Part shown: positions 11,801 to 22,503 of the stretch, piece after piece | How the letters are laid out: every line of letters begins with the position of its first letter | Position numbering within the stretch: the stretch's first letter is position 1 | Program-made: the position numbers and the translations under genes | From: Piedraia hortae CBS 480.64 | Taxonomy: Eukaryota | Assembly: GCA_010093745.1 (NCBI GenBank) | Contig: MU006034.1 | Coordinates: forward strand, 1 to 48,393 | Direction of reading: 5' to 3' | Length of the DNA: 48,393 nt | The notes under the pieces: model-generated | What the model was told of the DNA's origin: nothing | Databases searched by the model: none | Seen by the model: only the letters and a program-made list of their open reading frames with translations

Positions 11801-14800
11801 GGAGATGCACCACGAGTTTGCCACCCTCAAGGAGACGCTGCAGGTTATGCTTGACGAGAAGGATCTCGGCGGTGATCACGATGCCATCAACCGGGCTGTG
11901 GATGAGCTGAAGGAGCAGCTGATGGCTCGCCAGAGCGAGGTGTCGTCGGAGACGCTGGCAGCTGTCCGGGATGAGCTAGAGAAGTTCAAGGAGGCAATGA
12001 ACAGCTCCGTCGTGTTGGGTAGTGCGGTTCCAGCTGACTATGGCCCTGCGCTGGAAGGAATCCGCGGTGCGATTGACGAGCTTAGGGAGACGTCTCGCAG
12101 CGTTCCGGAAGGTGGATCTGATGAGCTTTTGGAGGCCATGAGGGCCGAGTTTGAGACTCTTCGTCACTCCATTTCCACTACCATGGTCCCCGGTGGCTCC
12201 AACGATGAGGCTCTTGATGCTGTCCGCCTCGGCTTGGATGATTTGAAGACAAAACTCGACGCTCCGCACCGCAATCAGGAGCAGCAGACTGAGATGCTAA
12301 ACACCATCAACGAAGGTCTGGAGAATCTGCGTGCCGAAGTCGTCAAGACACTTGATAAGCCGCAGGATCTGACAGTCAATTACGAGATCCTCGACACGCT
12401 GAAGGAGGGACTTGTTGGGCTGCGTGCCGATGTGGAAGTTCTCAAGGCTAACCACGAGAGTCGCAGCACCGTCGTCCTGGCCGAGAAAGAACAGTCACGG
12501 GATATGCTCGATGAAGACTCTCCCGCCCATCTCAAACCTGCTGATCTGGAGAAGATGGAAGTGCTGCTTGCTCAGCTTCAGATCAAGGTCGAGGCCATGG
12601 ACTCCACTGTTCAGGATATTCCCCACCCTCAGGTCGACCGGATGGCTGCCAAGGAGGATCTGCACGGTTTGGAGGCGATGATCAAGGACGTTCAGGAAAC
12701 CGTCTTGGCCCTCGCAGCCCGTGAGACTGCGTCTGCTGTACCTGAGGGAATCGCCACCAAACAGGACACTGATGCCATCGAGACGCTCCTACGCAACACC
12801 AAGGCTCAACTCGAGGAGATGACGCCGCCGGACATGGAGAATGCAGTGACTAAAGACCATCTCGACGCTCTTGAGGCCGTTGTACGGGTGACAAACGAGG
12901 CCGTTGATGGGATTGTGGAGAAGCTCGAGAACACGACAGCCGCCAAGGCAGACGTAGCCGTGGTCGAGGTTCTTGCTCAGGACGTCAAGGCGTTGTTGGA
13001 AGAGCTAAAGGAGGGCATGGCGCCGTCGGAAGCAAAGACGGAGCCGCTGACCAAGGACGATCTGGATGTTCTCGGCGTTCTCTGCACGGAAATCAAGGCA
13101 AAGCTGAGCGAGATGGACCTGCCCGAGGCGCAGGAGATGCCTACCAAGGCTGATGTCGAGCAGCTCCAGGGACTCATCACCGACTTCCGTGAGAGCCATG
13201 ACAAACTCCGCGATAGCTACGAGAATGACATTGCCATCACGGCCAAGGCGTTTGACGATCGCAAGCAGGAGTTTCAGGATACCATTGACCACATTGGCGG
13301 CGTCAAGGAGGCGCTCAACGAAGTCAAGGAGGAGCTGCTGGCTCGTCTCGGGGAGAGCGATACTGGTATCAATGCACTTGGCACAACGCTCAAGGAGATG
13401 GAGGAGCGCACTGCGGGCCATGAGCCGGTCGTGGCGGAGGTTAAGGAAGTGATGGAAGCTCTCAACCGGGAGTTTGAACGCGCCCACAGCTCCATTGAGG
13501 CTCTCAAAGTCGACCATCTGCAGTCGGCTGAGACGAGTCTGGAGAAACAGGCTGAGCACAAGGACGCAGCCGTGGCCGAGCTGACTGAAAAGCTCGAGGC
13601 GCTCTTCGACGGGCTCATGACTAAATACGACGATGCCCAGCGAGCAGCCGAAGAAAAGGCCAAAGCGGCCGAATCTGATGCCGTCAAGCAGGCCGAAGTT
13701 CTTGAGAATACTCGCACCATGGCCGACGAGCTCAAACTGTCCATCGACACTCTCGGTTCAACACTCACTGGCCTGGCCGAGACCTTTCCGGAGAAAGTCG
13801 ACCAAATGACGGAGGAGTCACGCACCGTTTTCCAACGCGTGGACGAAACGCACGCCAAGGTCGAAGAAGTCCACGACTCCCTCAAGGGCGAACACTCCGC
13901 GACGCGTGAAACAATCTCCCAAGTCCTCACATCCCTCACCGCCGTCCAAAATGACCTTATAGACCACCACCCGCGCTTCCTCGTCAGCCTCGAAGAGCTC
14001 AAAGCCCTCGTAAACCAACAATACGAACACAGTCAAACCGCCAAAACCTCCGCAGCAGAACAACACCAAGCAGTCCGCGACCTGTCTGACCACCTGAAAC
14101 AATCCCTCCAAGAAACCAAAGACTTACACAACTCCCACCTCGACTCCGTCCGCAACGCCCTCCCGGCTCCTATTGAACCCTACAACGACACCGAACTCCA
14201 CACCAAACTCGACACCCTCCTAACCCAAACCCCCCAAATCTCCCTCCTCGACGCCATCCACGAAAAAGTCCTCGCCACCGCTGCCGAAGTGTCCGCCTTC
14301 GTCTCCCAACAAGCGGCCCAAATAACCCAAACCCAAGACCAAGCCGCCAAAGAAGCCGAGGCCCTAGCCCTCGAACTCGAGCGTCGCTCCGCCCAAAAAT
14401 CCTCCCTCGAAGAGGAGACCTCAACCCTCCAATCCGAGCGTTCAGCGCTCCAAGAAGCAATCGCCTCCCTCCGCGCGGAGCGCGAATCCCTAGCCGCGGA
14501 CGTGGCAAGTCTAGAAACCGCGATGCGGATCCGGAGAGAAGAGCTCCATACCATGGATGCCAAAGCCGAAGCGATTGAGAAACGTGTTCGTGATGGGATA
14601 CTCAACCAGTCGAAGTTACTCCTCCTTGCGAAGAAGCCGACCAAGAAAACTAAGAGGGAAGCGGGAGGGAGGGATCTAAGAGTTCCGTCGGCGTCGTCGA
14701 TGAATACTACTACTACCCCCTCTATGAAGACAGCGAAAAGGGCACCTGCGGCGCAGGAGAGGAGGATCATGTCTCTTGGCGAGATTTCGGGGAATTCGAG

Positions 14801-15248
14801 GGCTGCTCCCCCGCCGTCGACGCAGGCGGGCTTCTCGGTGAAAAGGAGTCATTCCGTTCGCTCTGCATGGAAGGCGGCTGGTGCGCCGCAGGGGAAGGAG
14901 AATGCGTTGTTGTTGAAGGATGTGGAGGAGGATGAGGATGATGAGGATGATGTGAGGAGTGAGAGGACGGCGACGTATAGGTCTAGGGGGGGGTCTATTA
15001 CTGAGGAGGGGAGTGTCAGGCCAGAGAGTAGGGGCACGTCTAGGAGAAGCTCATACGCGTCGACGTACGATGATGCGTCGACGTTTCCGGAGGTGCATAG
15101 GGATAGGGGATATGATGAAGAGGGATCAGAGATGGGAGAGGGGAGTTTTTTCTCCGGGAAGGACGAAGAGGATGGAGTAGACCCGCTTCGCGGGAAGAAG
15201 GACTTTGATTCTGGCCTCGGGACGGAGGTTAATGGGACGGTTTTGTAG
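8870..15248 (+). CDS. Large (~2,100 aa) conserved Pezizomycotina coiled-coil protein (SMC/'chromosome segregation ATPase family'-like annotation; function unknown)
   Basis: Exon 1 is 8870-8958 (MPGREWEG...SVPM). The intron at 8959-9019 (GTAAGC...GCTAAC...CAG) joins it to WDSSDPERAPPPLP. A 6.2-kb open frame follows, with extensive heptad-like E/L/K-rich sequence. Confidence 0.85.
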
Positions 15249-15257
15249 TTTGCTAGT

Positions 15258-15259
<2 letters not shown>

Positions 15260-15295
<36 letters not shown>
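15260..15295 (+). repeat. Poly-G homopolymer (36 nt)
   Basis: Uninterrupted G run starting 12 nt after the stop codon at 15248. Confidence 0.95.
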
Positions 15296-15297
<2 letters not shown>

Positions 15298-15532
15298 GGA
15301 GTATGATATGGTTATGTGCAGATTTTTCCTCGCTCACCCTGGAACCGTATTCATGTAGGAAGTTGTGGACAGTGAACATTTTTCTACCCCTTTACAAATT
15401 GCTACTTCGTGGGAGTATTCTAATGTGACAGAACTTCAGCTTTCCAGCCATTACCCCGTAGGGAGAATAGAGTTGATACTTCTCGTCTCTTCTCGGAGTC
15501 AGTAAGATTAAGAACTTTTCATATATCAATAT

Positions 15533-16741
15533 CTAATACCACTTCACCTCCTTGCCACGCAGGATGCCAAGTCTATCGTACAAGCTCCTCGCACGCACAT
15601 ACGGGTCTAAACGCCAGTAGTTGTCTTTCATGGCAGTGGCCGTAGTCTGCCTTTCAGACTGAACAGCATCATCGCCGGCGATCCAACGCTTCGTCTCGTC
15701 CTCGAAGCGGGTTACCAGTGCAGCCCGGTCTGCCTCAATCTTGGCTTTAGTATCAGCGTCTCGCATCTGATCATCCTCACCGGGATTTGGCTCGACATAG
15801 GAATAAGTAAACTGCTCATCACCGCCGAGCTCTTTCATTATGTGCTCGCGTGGGATGTATTCTTCCAGCTCTGAGACTTTGCTTACAAAGTGCACCTTGG
15901 CCGCTACCACCGGGTCAAGCCAGCCGCGGATGACCTTCCATATGCCCTGGAAGACCCACGGGCTCTTATATACGAGCACCTGACCGAGAGATTCCGGGTA
16001 ATTCGCCTCGAAGCACTTGATCATGAACTTGACGGGCGTGTAGTCCATGTTGGCAAGGGTGAAATCTGTCATGTCGAAGACGATGGTAGCGGTATCGACG
16101 GGCGGGCGGAGAAGCATGCGGCCGGTTTCAATGGTCCACACGGTAAAGCGCTCCAAGGCGGCATCGCTCTGCTCGCCACTGCGGTGCAGCCTCACACGGA
16201 CGTAGCAGCACGGCCGCCCCGCTCTATCAATGCCATGGAAAAATGACTTGCCCATGCGCAGCTGCGTCATAAACTCGTCGTTGGCACCTGCCTCCCCTTT
16301 AAACATGATATCCGAGTCCACCTGCGTCTCCCGCCTCCATTGCAGCGTCGCGACAGCCATAACCAACGCCGCAGAAACATCCCATTTACGCGCCCGCAGG
16401 AACCGCAGTAGCAGCGCATCCGGGTGGTCGTGTTTAGCCATCCCCCACAGCGCCTCGCGCAACTCCGCCGGCGACATTTGCGCCAGAGCCTCCTTGAATA
16501 CGCGGTTCTGTCCATGCTTGTCATTATCCCCCGCTTCCGCTTCGACGGACTTGTCCTTCTTCTTGAACATCGACAACCGCTTGCCCTTCTTCGGCGTATG
16601 CTCCTCGCTCGCCGCGTCTGAGACTGCGCGCGTCGACCTCGTGCCGGACGTCAACTCGAAGATTTCCGTCCACATTTCTTTTAGTTTTGCAGTCTGCTCG
16701 GCCGTGAGGTTTCCCGGCCTTCCGGGCTGTTGCGTCGCCAT
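15533..16741 (-). CDS. CSR1: CRAL/TRIO (Sec14-like) phosphatidylinositol transfer protein, CSR1/SFH2-type
   Basis: Motifs PGRPGNLT, KHDHPDALLLRFLRARKWDV, FDMTDFTLANMDYTPVKFMIKCFEANYPESLG, WLDPVVAAKVHF and YWRLDPYVRARSLYDR. An in-frame upstream ATG at 16891 could add about 50 aa. Confidence 0.9.
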   Translation of the reverse strand: MATQQPGRPGNLTAEQTAKLKEMWTEIFELTSGTRSTRAVSDAASEEHTPKKGKRLSMFKKKDKSVEAEAGDNDKHGQNRVFKEALAQMSPAELREALWGMAKHDHPDALLLRFLRARKWDVSAALVMAVATLQWRRETQVDSDIMFKGEAGANDEFMTQLRMGKSFFHGIDRAGRPCCYVRVRLHRSGEQSDAALERFTVWTIETGRMLLRPPVDTATIVFDMTDFTLANMDYTPVKFMIKCFEANYPESLGQVLVYKSPWVFQGIWKVIRGWLDPVVAAKVHFVSKVSELEEYIPREHIMKELGGDEQFTYSYVEPNPGEDDQMRDADTKAKIEADRAALVTRFEDETKRWIAGDDAVQSERQTTATAMKDNYWRLDPYVRARSLYDRLGILRGKEVKWY

Positions 16742-17488
16742 GGTAGGTGTTTCGGTCGGCTTGGACGGGGTCAAGGTTCCGGCAACGAGTCCACCTGAGA
16801 GAAAGAATAAACACAAAGGACTCACTGCACTGCGTCGCGCGTATCTGTAGCGGAGAGTGATCGTTGGCCTGAACCAGTTCAGCCGCGGCATCAATCTTCG
16901 TTAGCCGTGGCCGTTTTCCACGCAATGGCGTCGGTCGTGACGTCAGAGTTGTGATGTTTCGGTTATAGGGAGTGTGAATGATCCACTGGCTGGATAGGCA
17001 TGCTATGGAGGATATAACTGTATTAGGAGCTGGATATGGTAGGGATCATGTTCATGCTGATTGCCATGATGCTGTCAGGGAAGGTCGGGCGGCCCGACCC
17101 AGCCCGGTTCGTGCTTGGCGTTGGCTGCCCCATATCTGGAGGAAACTTTCGCGGGGTTATTATTTGATTTGACCTTTGTGTGTACACAGCACTTGCAAGA
17201 GCCTGCTCAGCGACCGGATAACCCAACATTGGAGAGGGATTCAGCCTAAGCTGGCTAGAGACTAGGGGAAGTGGCTCATGCCATTCGTGATACGGAAACT
17301 CAAGTCGTTGCATCTTGAACGGCCGGTACTACACCGAAAACCTCAATAACCCAGAGCGAGAGAACTTACCGACTTAAAACCTCACCTCCCTTTCTAGCTG
17401 AATAACGACACCTCGAACTTGCCGACGCTTTCTTTCCCCAACCTTACCGAAATAAACATGTCCCATTTTTACTCTACCAACAATGTAG

Positions 17489-18016
17489 CCTTACTACGAA
17501 ACCTCACCCCGAAAGTCCAATCCTTCAACCCCAGAAACCCTCAAATCCCTCCCCAACCTAAGAGCCAAACCTCACAAACCGCCGCAGCACCCAACTAACC
17601 AATCCCACCCCCCGGAAATCCTATCCCAGAAACATCCACCAAAATCCAGGAATGACCAAACAAAAACCCGAATCCCCTCCAACGAACTCCACGAAGTCCC
17701 TCTTCTCACCTCCCTCGTCCAGGCCGCAACTTCACCCCCCTTCGAATTACAGCGTACCACCAAAGCCACAGTCTTAGAAACACGCCGCAATGTTTTTTAC
17801 TCCTTGCACGATCTCAAAGAATTACATCTTACCCTCCCGGAATGGGTCAGGGGAGAGGACATATACACCCTCCCGTCTGAAAAGCTGCGCTGTCTTGTTG
17901 CCCACCCAGTGACGATCTCGGAGATCACGGATAGGGAGTTTGAGGCTGTGTTCGGATTTTTTGCGGGTTGTGTTGTCACCAGGGCTTACGTGTTTAAGGC
18001 GCTGGGGAGGCTGTAG
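17489..18016 (+). CDS. Possible terminal exon of a hypothetical protein
   Basis: The frame is open from a TAG acceptor at 17486-17488 to the stop at 18016 (PYYETSPRK...LETRRNVFYSLHDLKELHLTLPEWVRGED...KALGRL). Upstream exons were not resolved and no family was recognised. Confidence 0.35.
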   Translation, partial: PYYETSPRKSNPSTPETLKSLPNLRAKPHKPPQHPTNQSHPPEILSQKHPPKSRNDQTKTRIPSNELHEVPLLTSLVQAATSPPFELQRTTKATVLETRRNVFYSLHDLKELHLTLPEWVRGEDIYTLPSEKLRCLVAHPVTISEITDREFEAVFGFFAGCVVTRAYVFKALGRL

Positions 18017-18180
18017 TGTGTTGTCGAAAGGTTTGTTTCGTACGGAGTTGTGTTTGGTGATTTGGCTGGGGTGTGGGGTGGGGTGGGGTGTTGCGTGGCA
18101 TGCTCCGGATTTTGGGGTGAAATAAGGGCTTAGGGATCGATTGAGGTGGGTGCATATTTCGGGGTGTGAGAGGGTGGGAG

Positions 18181-18323
18181 TGTTCTAATAAGCAGCGGCA
18201 CCTCACAGGTTTGTCAGTATACACGCGTATCTAGAGCTACACAAGAAAATTTCTGAGTACTCGAACCCTGGTCAGGGATGTGGGTCATCGCCTGCGGATC
18301 GCTCCGTGGCGACCTGCACAACA
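18181..18323. mobile_element. Solo LTR (143 bp), copy 2, with 5-bp target-site duplication GGGAG
   Basis: Termini are TGTT...AACA. GGGAG flanks it at 18176-18180 and 18324-18328. It is the reverse complement of 287-427. Confidence 0.92.
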
Positions 18324-18730
18324 GGGAGAATAATTATCGGGATATGCAGCGGGGGATTTGGAAGGGTTTGGGGATTTTTTTTTTATGGATGATGGAGATG
18401 GGATTTTTGGATAGCAGACGCAGAGTTGTACGGGCAATTCAAGCGGGATAGGATTTGGCAGTTCGTATGCATTCGCTGAGAAGAAATGAATTTCATTCGC
18501 ACGTGTTTATTCGTCCAGCGGTGCTTACGATCAGTATAGAAACATGTAGTCCATCAACTCCTACGTACCACCCACCGTGACCAACTGCTCGCTCATCAAC
18601 TAGACTATATTTTTGCGGAGGTTGATCCCCACCAACCCAATCTGTCCTAGCGCCACCACTCCACCCCATCAAACACATCAACCAAACCACCCGTCAATCC
18701 ACCATCGCCCGCCAAACCATCCACACAACG

Positions 18731-19360
18731 ATGACAACAAGAACAATTCCCCTCGAAACCTCAACCCCAAACCCCCTCCGCCGCCCCTCAACGCCCTTGC
18801 GCGCAGCATCACGCACCTCTCTCCGCGCCTCCACGACCACTACCCCGACAACCAAACCCCCGAGCGGGCGGGGGGTGGGCGGATCCTCCACCTCCACCTC
18901 CACCTCCCAACCCTCTCCCCTCAACCTCCTCACCCCCTCCTTCGCCGAACTAAGCGACGGCTTGGCCGACTTGGAAGCGAACATGATGCATCTCCAACTC
19001 CTCAACGAAAGCGTCAGCCGGTTCAACGAGAACTTTTCCGCGTTTCTTTATGGGCTGAATATGTCCGCGTTTTGTGTGGATTTTCCGGAGGCACCGCTTG
19101 TGGAGTCTTTTAATCGGGCGAGGGGGAGGAGTGCTGAGGGGAAAGAGAATAGGGATGCTTCGCAGGGGGAGGAGGGGGAGAGTAAGGCTGAGAAGGAGGA
19201 GGGCGATGCGACGACGCTGACGACGGATACGACGTTTGTGGAGAATCCCGGTGCGAAAGGGAGAGTGAGGGAGAGGGGGAGGGGACAGCCTGCGGCGAGA
19301 GGGGCGGGGAGGGGTGGGAGACAGGGGAAGGAAAGGGGGAGAGGGAGGGATGGGAGGTGA
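18731..19360 (+). CDS. DAM1: DASH/Dam1 kinetochore complex subunit Dam1
   Basis: Core FAELSDGLADLEANMMHLQLLNESVSRFNENFSAFLYGLNMSAFCVDFPEAP, plus DATTLTTDTTFVENP. Confidence 0.92.
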   Translation: MTTRTIPLETSTPNPLRRPSTPLRAASRTSLRASTTTTPTTKPPSGRGVGGSSTSTSTSQPSPLNLLTPSFAELSDGLADLEANMMHLQLLNESVSRFNENFSAFLYGLNMSAFCVDFPEAPLVESFNRARGRSAEGKENRDASQGEEGESKAEKEEGDATTLTTDTTFVENPGAKGRVRERGRGQPAARGAGRGGRQGKERGRGRDGR

Positions 19361-19899
19361 TATTCCCAAGTGTTTAAGTGAAAGGGGGAGTTTCTCAGAG
19401 CCTTCCACGCGAAGATTAAAGGTCGACGGGTGATGGAGGATTGTGTTTTACTTCCACTTTGCAGAGCCAATGATGCCTCATAAACATGCTGTAGGGAATG
19501 AATTATTGTCCTAATAGATCTATCACACAATCCTTGAGGGTACGACCTCCCAGTACTGTTTGTATGGTGAGAGTAAAGTAGTGCGTGGTTATTATCTTCG
19601 ATGAGCCATGGGAGGTTCCTCTATGTAGGTACATACAAGAACATCCCCGAATCCTGCTGCTCCTCAGCTATGCCCTTCCCATATAGCTACTTCGATCCAT
19701 CGCTGTGCGCCTCTTCTTGTCGTAGACAGTGCATATCCCACTATAGTTTCACCCTCTAGCAAGCCTTTTCTTTTGCACGGCAATCTCTTGCACGGAACAA
19801 AAGAACACCGAGGGAAGCGGTTATTGGTCCTGGCAGCTGTCATATGCTGAGTATTCGCCCCAACCCCATTCCAAGTACTAGTCCCTGCCCTCTAACCAC

Positions 19900-21771
19900 T
19901 AAGAGTTGTCCTTGGTTCAGTGGCAAGCCGACCTTTGCACGATTTTTGGGTTTCAGAACGCCGCATGAACAATTCGCATGCTCAATCTGCCCCGCCTCGT
20001 GTGCGTGTTCAGGCCCTCTTGGGTCTGGGCTGTCACTGCAATGATAGGGCCGAACCTCTCTGCCCACATGGAAATGTGGAATAAGAGGTGCAGCTTGGTT
20101 TTGTCTTGCGGCGAGCTGAACCCCCAAACGGCCTCCCAGGCCTGGAGGAAGCCTGGACACTGGAGCTGCCGACTACTCAGCGAAGTCCTCTACCATATCG
20201 TCGGACAACAACTTAGCCAGCTTAGCGGGCGGCTGCCACACGCGACGACAGGGAAGACAGGATGAGCCGGTGGAAATCATTGCCTGTCAGGGAGTCGCCC
20301 AGTTCTGCTTGAGGAGGTTAAGCTCGCAAGCTTGCGGGAAATCACGATGGGGTCGAAGGCTTCCACTATAGATGTGTTAGTGGATGTATAAAATAGCTTA
20401 GGCGGACTGTCATATGTGGTCGAGGGCGCGAACTGCAGTCTTTTCGTACACGCAAACACAGCAGCTGTGCATTGCTGCTCCACTTGTGAGAACCCAGCTC
20501 AGATGCGGCTGGATTGTACGCGAAAAGTTCTGCTCATGAGATCCACGACTGCTCGTGGGTTTTTTCTGAAACCCGTTACAAGATTGGTGGGCAGTTTGTG
20601 TCCTCTCTGAGCGCTGCAGACAATGTGCCGGGATCTGCTGGCCGGGTCAAAGGTGATGATTACGCGCAAGATCCGCGCCATGTCTGCTTGCAGGGCACTA
20701 ATCATGCTGTGCCCTTTCACCCGCGGGCTAACGGCCACGTAGTGATGGAAGTTTTCCTATTGAAACATTATTAGTGCGGTCTATTGACACAATGGAAACA
20801 TATTTACCTTCCATGGCAGCCCAGCAAACATGAATAGCCAACTCTCGACACTGTTCCACCGCTTTCCCCATCCTATCGTTCCAGAATTGAGATTGAATTG
20901 GGCCATTGGGTACCCTTTCGCCTCTACGATTCCTCGGGCAGAATGCGGCTCGTCGAGGAACCTTTGTTGGAGGCCCTCGGCCCTTGGTCTAACCCGTCTC
21001 TCCGCAGTTCTATGCTGCATGCCACCAGGCGGTCAGGCTTCCGGGAGGTCTTGTGAACCTCGCATTCGAATAAGAATTCAAGTTACTTCCTTCTATCCTC
21101 GAGACTGGCTTCAACCATGCCCCCCGTCCACATGCGATGTAGCCTGCTGCCCATCACGAACTCCTCCATTAGACGGATGGCCTGGGGCTCCAATCGCCAC
21201 TTCTCACCATTATACTCCTGCCTGGATGTATATCCTAGACGTGTCCCGGCCCCACCACCAACACCCCTGGGGATTCCACGACCTTCTGATCCGGGAGGTA
21301 GGACTGCATGCGGACCATCTCCGGTAGGCTGATTGAATAGAACGGGATGCCATTGTCATTCAACCACCAGTGTGTGGGAATGACATCCCTTGTCCTCTTC
21401 AGCGTTTTGAGAGGAGAGGGCACACTGAGCCCTAGCTCTCTGTCTATACCGAGGATGGACATCATATCCTTATCACTCACCATACACTGCGATGAGTGAT
21501 GCTGGAGGAATTTAGACAAATGTTCTTTCGTTTCGAAAGGGAACCACTCGTTCCCGGTTCCATGATTTGTGAGTTCTCTGGGGGAAAGAAAACGGAAACA
21601 CCGTCCTCTACGGAGTCGTTCACCATATTGGCAGATACCTCTTCCACATCCTCCGCCATTGCTTCTCCTCGGAGGCCCTCGTCCACGAACCCGACTATCT
21701 TCTCTTCCGGTTTGCAAGGAATGGAACTTGTATGAAATCCCCTTTCCCACAATGTCTATAAAATTAGACAT
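19900..21771 (-). pseudogene. Degenerate CMC/EnSpm(CACTA)-like DDE transposase
   Basis: Broken frames contain WFPFETKE...NGIPFYSISLPE, SGTIGWGKRWNSVESWLFMFAGLP, KNPRAVVDLMS and KTKLHLLFHISMWAERFGPIIAVTAQTQEGLN (~19995-20102). The last matches the KxHxLxHxxxxIxRFGP...E.xN motif of this superfamily. Many stops and frameshifts. Confidence 0.65.
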
Positions 21772-22503
21772 TTGGAGGGATTATCATTAACTTACCCTTG
21801 GGGTTTCTCAGTTTATTCTCGTACTTTGAGAAGGATTCGTAGATGGAGGGCCTCAGGGAAATAGCATGAGGTTCTTCGAGGAAACAGGAGGGTATGCCCG
21901 CCGTGTCACAATGCCCTCCTTGGAACGAAATCTACCCACAACAATTTTCTTCAGAATAAACACTTAAGAGTCACATTGTCATGACTCAGGGCCTACATCA
22001 TGCAGAAGGGCCCAGTCCGTCCACAGCCCGAGCCTAGTGGCCCCACTCTACGGCCGACACTGACTTCTCTTTTCTCTTCCTCATGCGTTGTTCTCTGTCT
22101 ACATAGGGTCTACGCAGTCCTCTCGTCCATAGCCCATTGCTTTGAGCCTCTCGCCCTCGTTTCTCATCGATCCCTCGGCCCCGGTCCCTCTTCCTTAGCC
22201 TTGCGTCGTGACAAACATCCTCGACATTATGTCGTCCCGCAGCTGGACCAGGGGTACCCGAGGAATGAATTTCCCACGAACAAGGGGAAAAGGGGCCAGC
22301 GGAAACTTCATTTACAGTGAATGCCTGAGGCCACTTCACACTAAGCATCTCATTGCAAACTAGAACGCAATCCATAAAACCTATCAAACCACGCTCAGGA
22401 AACTCAACAAGAAAAAAAATATGCACAACGCACAAAACTCCCCCCCACTCCCCCCTTCCCCTCCCCAACCCCCAACTCCCTTCCCCCTTGCCTAACATTC
22501 TCC

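Noticed and set aside
287..18323. One giant element bounded by the two 141-143 bp inverted repeats (Starship- or TIR-like)
   Set aside because: Each copy has its own, different TSD; the enclosed genes are housekeeping genes; no tyrosine-recombinase captain or intact transposase is present.
19739..22039. CACTA...TAGTG termini around the transposase relic
   Set aside because: The match is only about 5 bp, with no extended TIR and no 2-3 bp TSD; this is expected by chance.
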